From the IMG/VR virus record IMGVR_UViG_3300029516_000012: DNA of 40,916 nt; one strand, written 5' to 3'. Position 1 is the stretch's first letter. Each line of letters begins with the position of its first letter. The translations under genes were made by a program, and so were the position numbers. This stretch comes from a virus. The notes under the pieces are model-generated. The model was not told where the DNA came from. It did not search any database and saw nothing but the letters and a program-made list of their open reading frames with translations. Positions 39,904 through 40,916 of the stretch are shown piece after piece.

Positions 39904-39914
39904 AAGGAGAGGCT

Positions 39915-40247
39915 ATGATATTTCCATTTGAAAGAGAAGCTGAGCAAGGGGCCCCCATGCCGGACGGTTTATCTCTTCCAGATCAGCTTGCGTTCCGTTT
40001 TTTGTCCAGCATGTATGCAAGTATTAGAGCGGGATCTATAACCAGAGAACGGGCGATTTCTGATAAGGGGAAAATGACGTATCAATATAATATAGCAAAT
40101 GAATCCATGAAACAATGGAAGGAACTAGGGCAGCACTGGTCAAACATTATTAAGTATGTTGAGTTCGCACAAAGTCAATATAGAAAGAATCGTACTTTGG
40201 AAAATGCGGATGTACTAAGCAAGGCGTTAGATGGGGTGCTGATATGA
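39915..40247 (+). CDS. Hypothetical protein
   Basis: 110-aa ORF with its ATG after AAAGGAGAGG. Confidence 0.55.
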   Translation: MIFPFEREAEQGAPMPDGLSLPDQLAFRFLSSMYASIRAGSITRERAISDKGKMTYQYNIANESMKQWKELGQHWSNIIKYVEFAQSQYRKNRTLENADVLSKALDGVLI

Positions 40248-40672
40248 TCACCAGAGACCCCTACGGCATCAGCGGAGCGGTGGCACCCTGGCGCAGCCTG
40301 GACGCGATGGAGCCGATTGCGGAGCGCAGGATTACGGAGCGGGATACAGAGGAGGCCGAACTCTGTGGGCGGTGCCCGCTGCCGGGCTGCAACCCGAAAA
40401 GAGTTGGCTGCCTCCTACATACCAGGGCGAAAAGGCCAAAACCGTCCCGTGATTTGCTGGAGCGCATGGCGCTGGACGGGTATGGGCCGGAGACGATAGC
40501 CCAGGCCACCGGATACTCCATATCAACCACCACAGAGTATATGAAACAGTTTTTTAGGGCGGGACCATGTGAGCGCTGTGCGTCCAAGAGCATTTGTGAT
40601 GCAGTCGTCGGGACGTGTAGCCGTAAAGAGCGATGGAAAGCAATCAAGGAGGTGCCGAACGATGGACGATAA
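40244..40672 (+). CDS. Hypothetical Cys-rich protein with HTH-like text
   Basis: 142 aa with CGRCPLPGC and [10 protein letters not shown] clusters and [21 protein letters not shown]. The ATGA start overlaps the upstream stop. Confidence 0.55.
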   Translation: MITRDPYGISGAVAPWRSLDAMEPIAERRITERDTEEAELCGRCPLPGCNPKRVGCLLHTRAKRPKPSRDLLERMALDGYGPETIAQATGYSISTTTEYMKQFFRAGPCERCASKSICDAVVGTCSRKERWKAIKEVPNDGR

Positions 40673-40916
40673 GACGCGCGCCCTGCTGGGTGATCACGAG
40701 GCGACGAAACTGGCGCATCTCTCCCTCTTCTCCGGCATCGGGGGACTTGACCTTGCCGCCGAGTGGGCCGGATTTACCACCGTCGGACAGTGCGAGTGGG
40801 CGGACTACCCGACAAAGGTTCTGGAAAAACACTGGCCGGACGTGCCGCGCTGGCGGGATATTCGTACATTGACGGGAGAAAGTTTTTATGAAAAGACAGG
40901 ACTACGAACAGTTGAC
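40662..40916 (+). CDS. dcm: DNA (cytosine-5)-methyltransferase, N-terminal part (open at the window end; continues at base 2)
   Basis: From ATG 40662, the text [18 protein letters not shown] is motif I (AdoMet-binding FxGxG). There are 85 codons with no stop before the window end. Confidence 0.9.
   Translation, partial: MDDKTRALLGDHEATKLAHLSLFSGIGGLDLAAEWAGFTTVGQCEWADYPTKVLEKHWPDVPRWRDIRTLTGESFYEKTGLRTVD
40838..40916. repeat. Terminal direct repeat, copy 2 (identical to 1-79)
   Basis: See copy 1. Confidence 0.95.

Noticed and set aside
1-40916. Diversity-generating retroelement, retron, CRISPR array or transposase/IS element
   Set aside because: No reverse-transcriptase, Cas or transposase-like ORF was found. 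No template/variable repeat pair was seen in the fibre genes. The only recombinase is the tyrosine integrase.

Overview
The window is a complete, circularly closed genome of a temperate siphovirus-type phage. Bases 1-79 are identical to 40838-40916, so the unique length is 40,837 bp, and a C5-cytosine methyltransferase gene runs across the junction. Gene content points to a Gram-positive, moderately GC-rich Firmicute (Clostridia-like) host: YopX, XkdX-like protein, Amidase_3 endolysin with an SLH-like repeat, lipobox lipoprotein, tyrosine integrase next to a tRNA-3'-end-like attP core.

Module order on the + strand:
- Dcm, Lar-like protein and small early genes (1-3.0 kb)
- AT-rich islet with a decayed DUF262 gene (3.0-3.8 kb)
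- about 0.8 kb GC-rich, ORF-free, hairpin-dense block (3.8-4.63 kb)
- a minus-strand two-gene operon diverging from an antirepressor gene (4.66-6.24 kb)
- terS, terL, portal, Mu-F-like minor head protein, scaffold, major capsid protein, collagen-like protein (6.6-13.3 kb)
- head-tail joining genes, tail tube, G/GT chaperone with a -1 slippery site, tape measure, baseplate and fibres including two glycine-rich domains (13.3-23.5 kb)
- endolysin and holin (23.8-25.8 kb)
- a terminator-bounded cassette of seven compositionally extreme small proteins (26.2-29.5 kb)
- attP; then on the minus strand integrase, lipoprotein and CI-like repressor; then a Cro-like switch with TTCCG-N4-CGG(G)AA operators (29.6-33.0 kb)
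- replication/recombination genes (AAA_24 ATPase, DUF669 SSB-like, ERCC4 nuclease, CHC2 zinc finger, P-loop helicase) and an iteron-type origin (33.5-39.9 kb)

The items most worth a second look:
1. The unassigned large structured-RNA candidate at 3796-4630.
2. The post-lysis cargo cassette (Cys/His enzyme-like protein, Gln/Pro-rich, Gly/Cys-rich and beta-sandwich-like proteins).
3. A 176-codon +1-frame ORF nested in the methyltransferase. It carries the canonical motif-IX-like text (EWMMGFPIGW) that the annotated frame lacks, next to C6 and G6 runs.
4. A second, immI-like regulatory node with a structured leader.

All family assignments rest on motifs read by eye. No database search or folding program was run.
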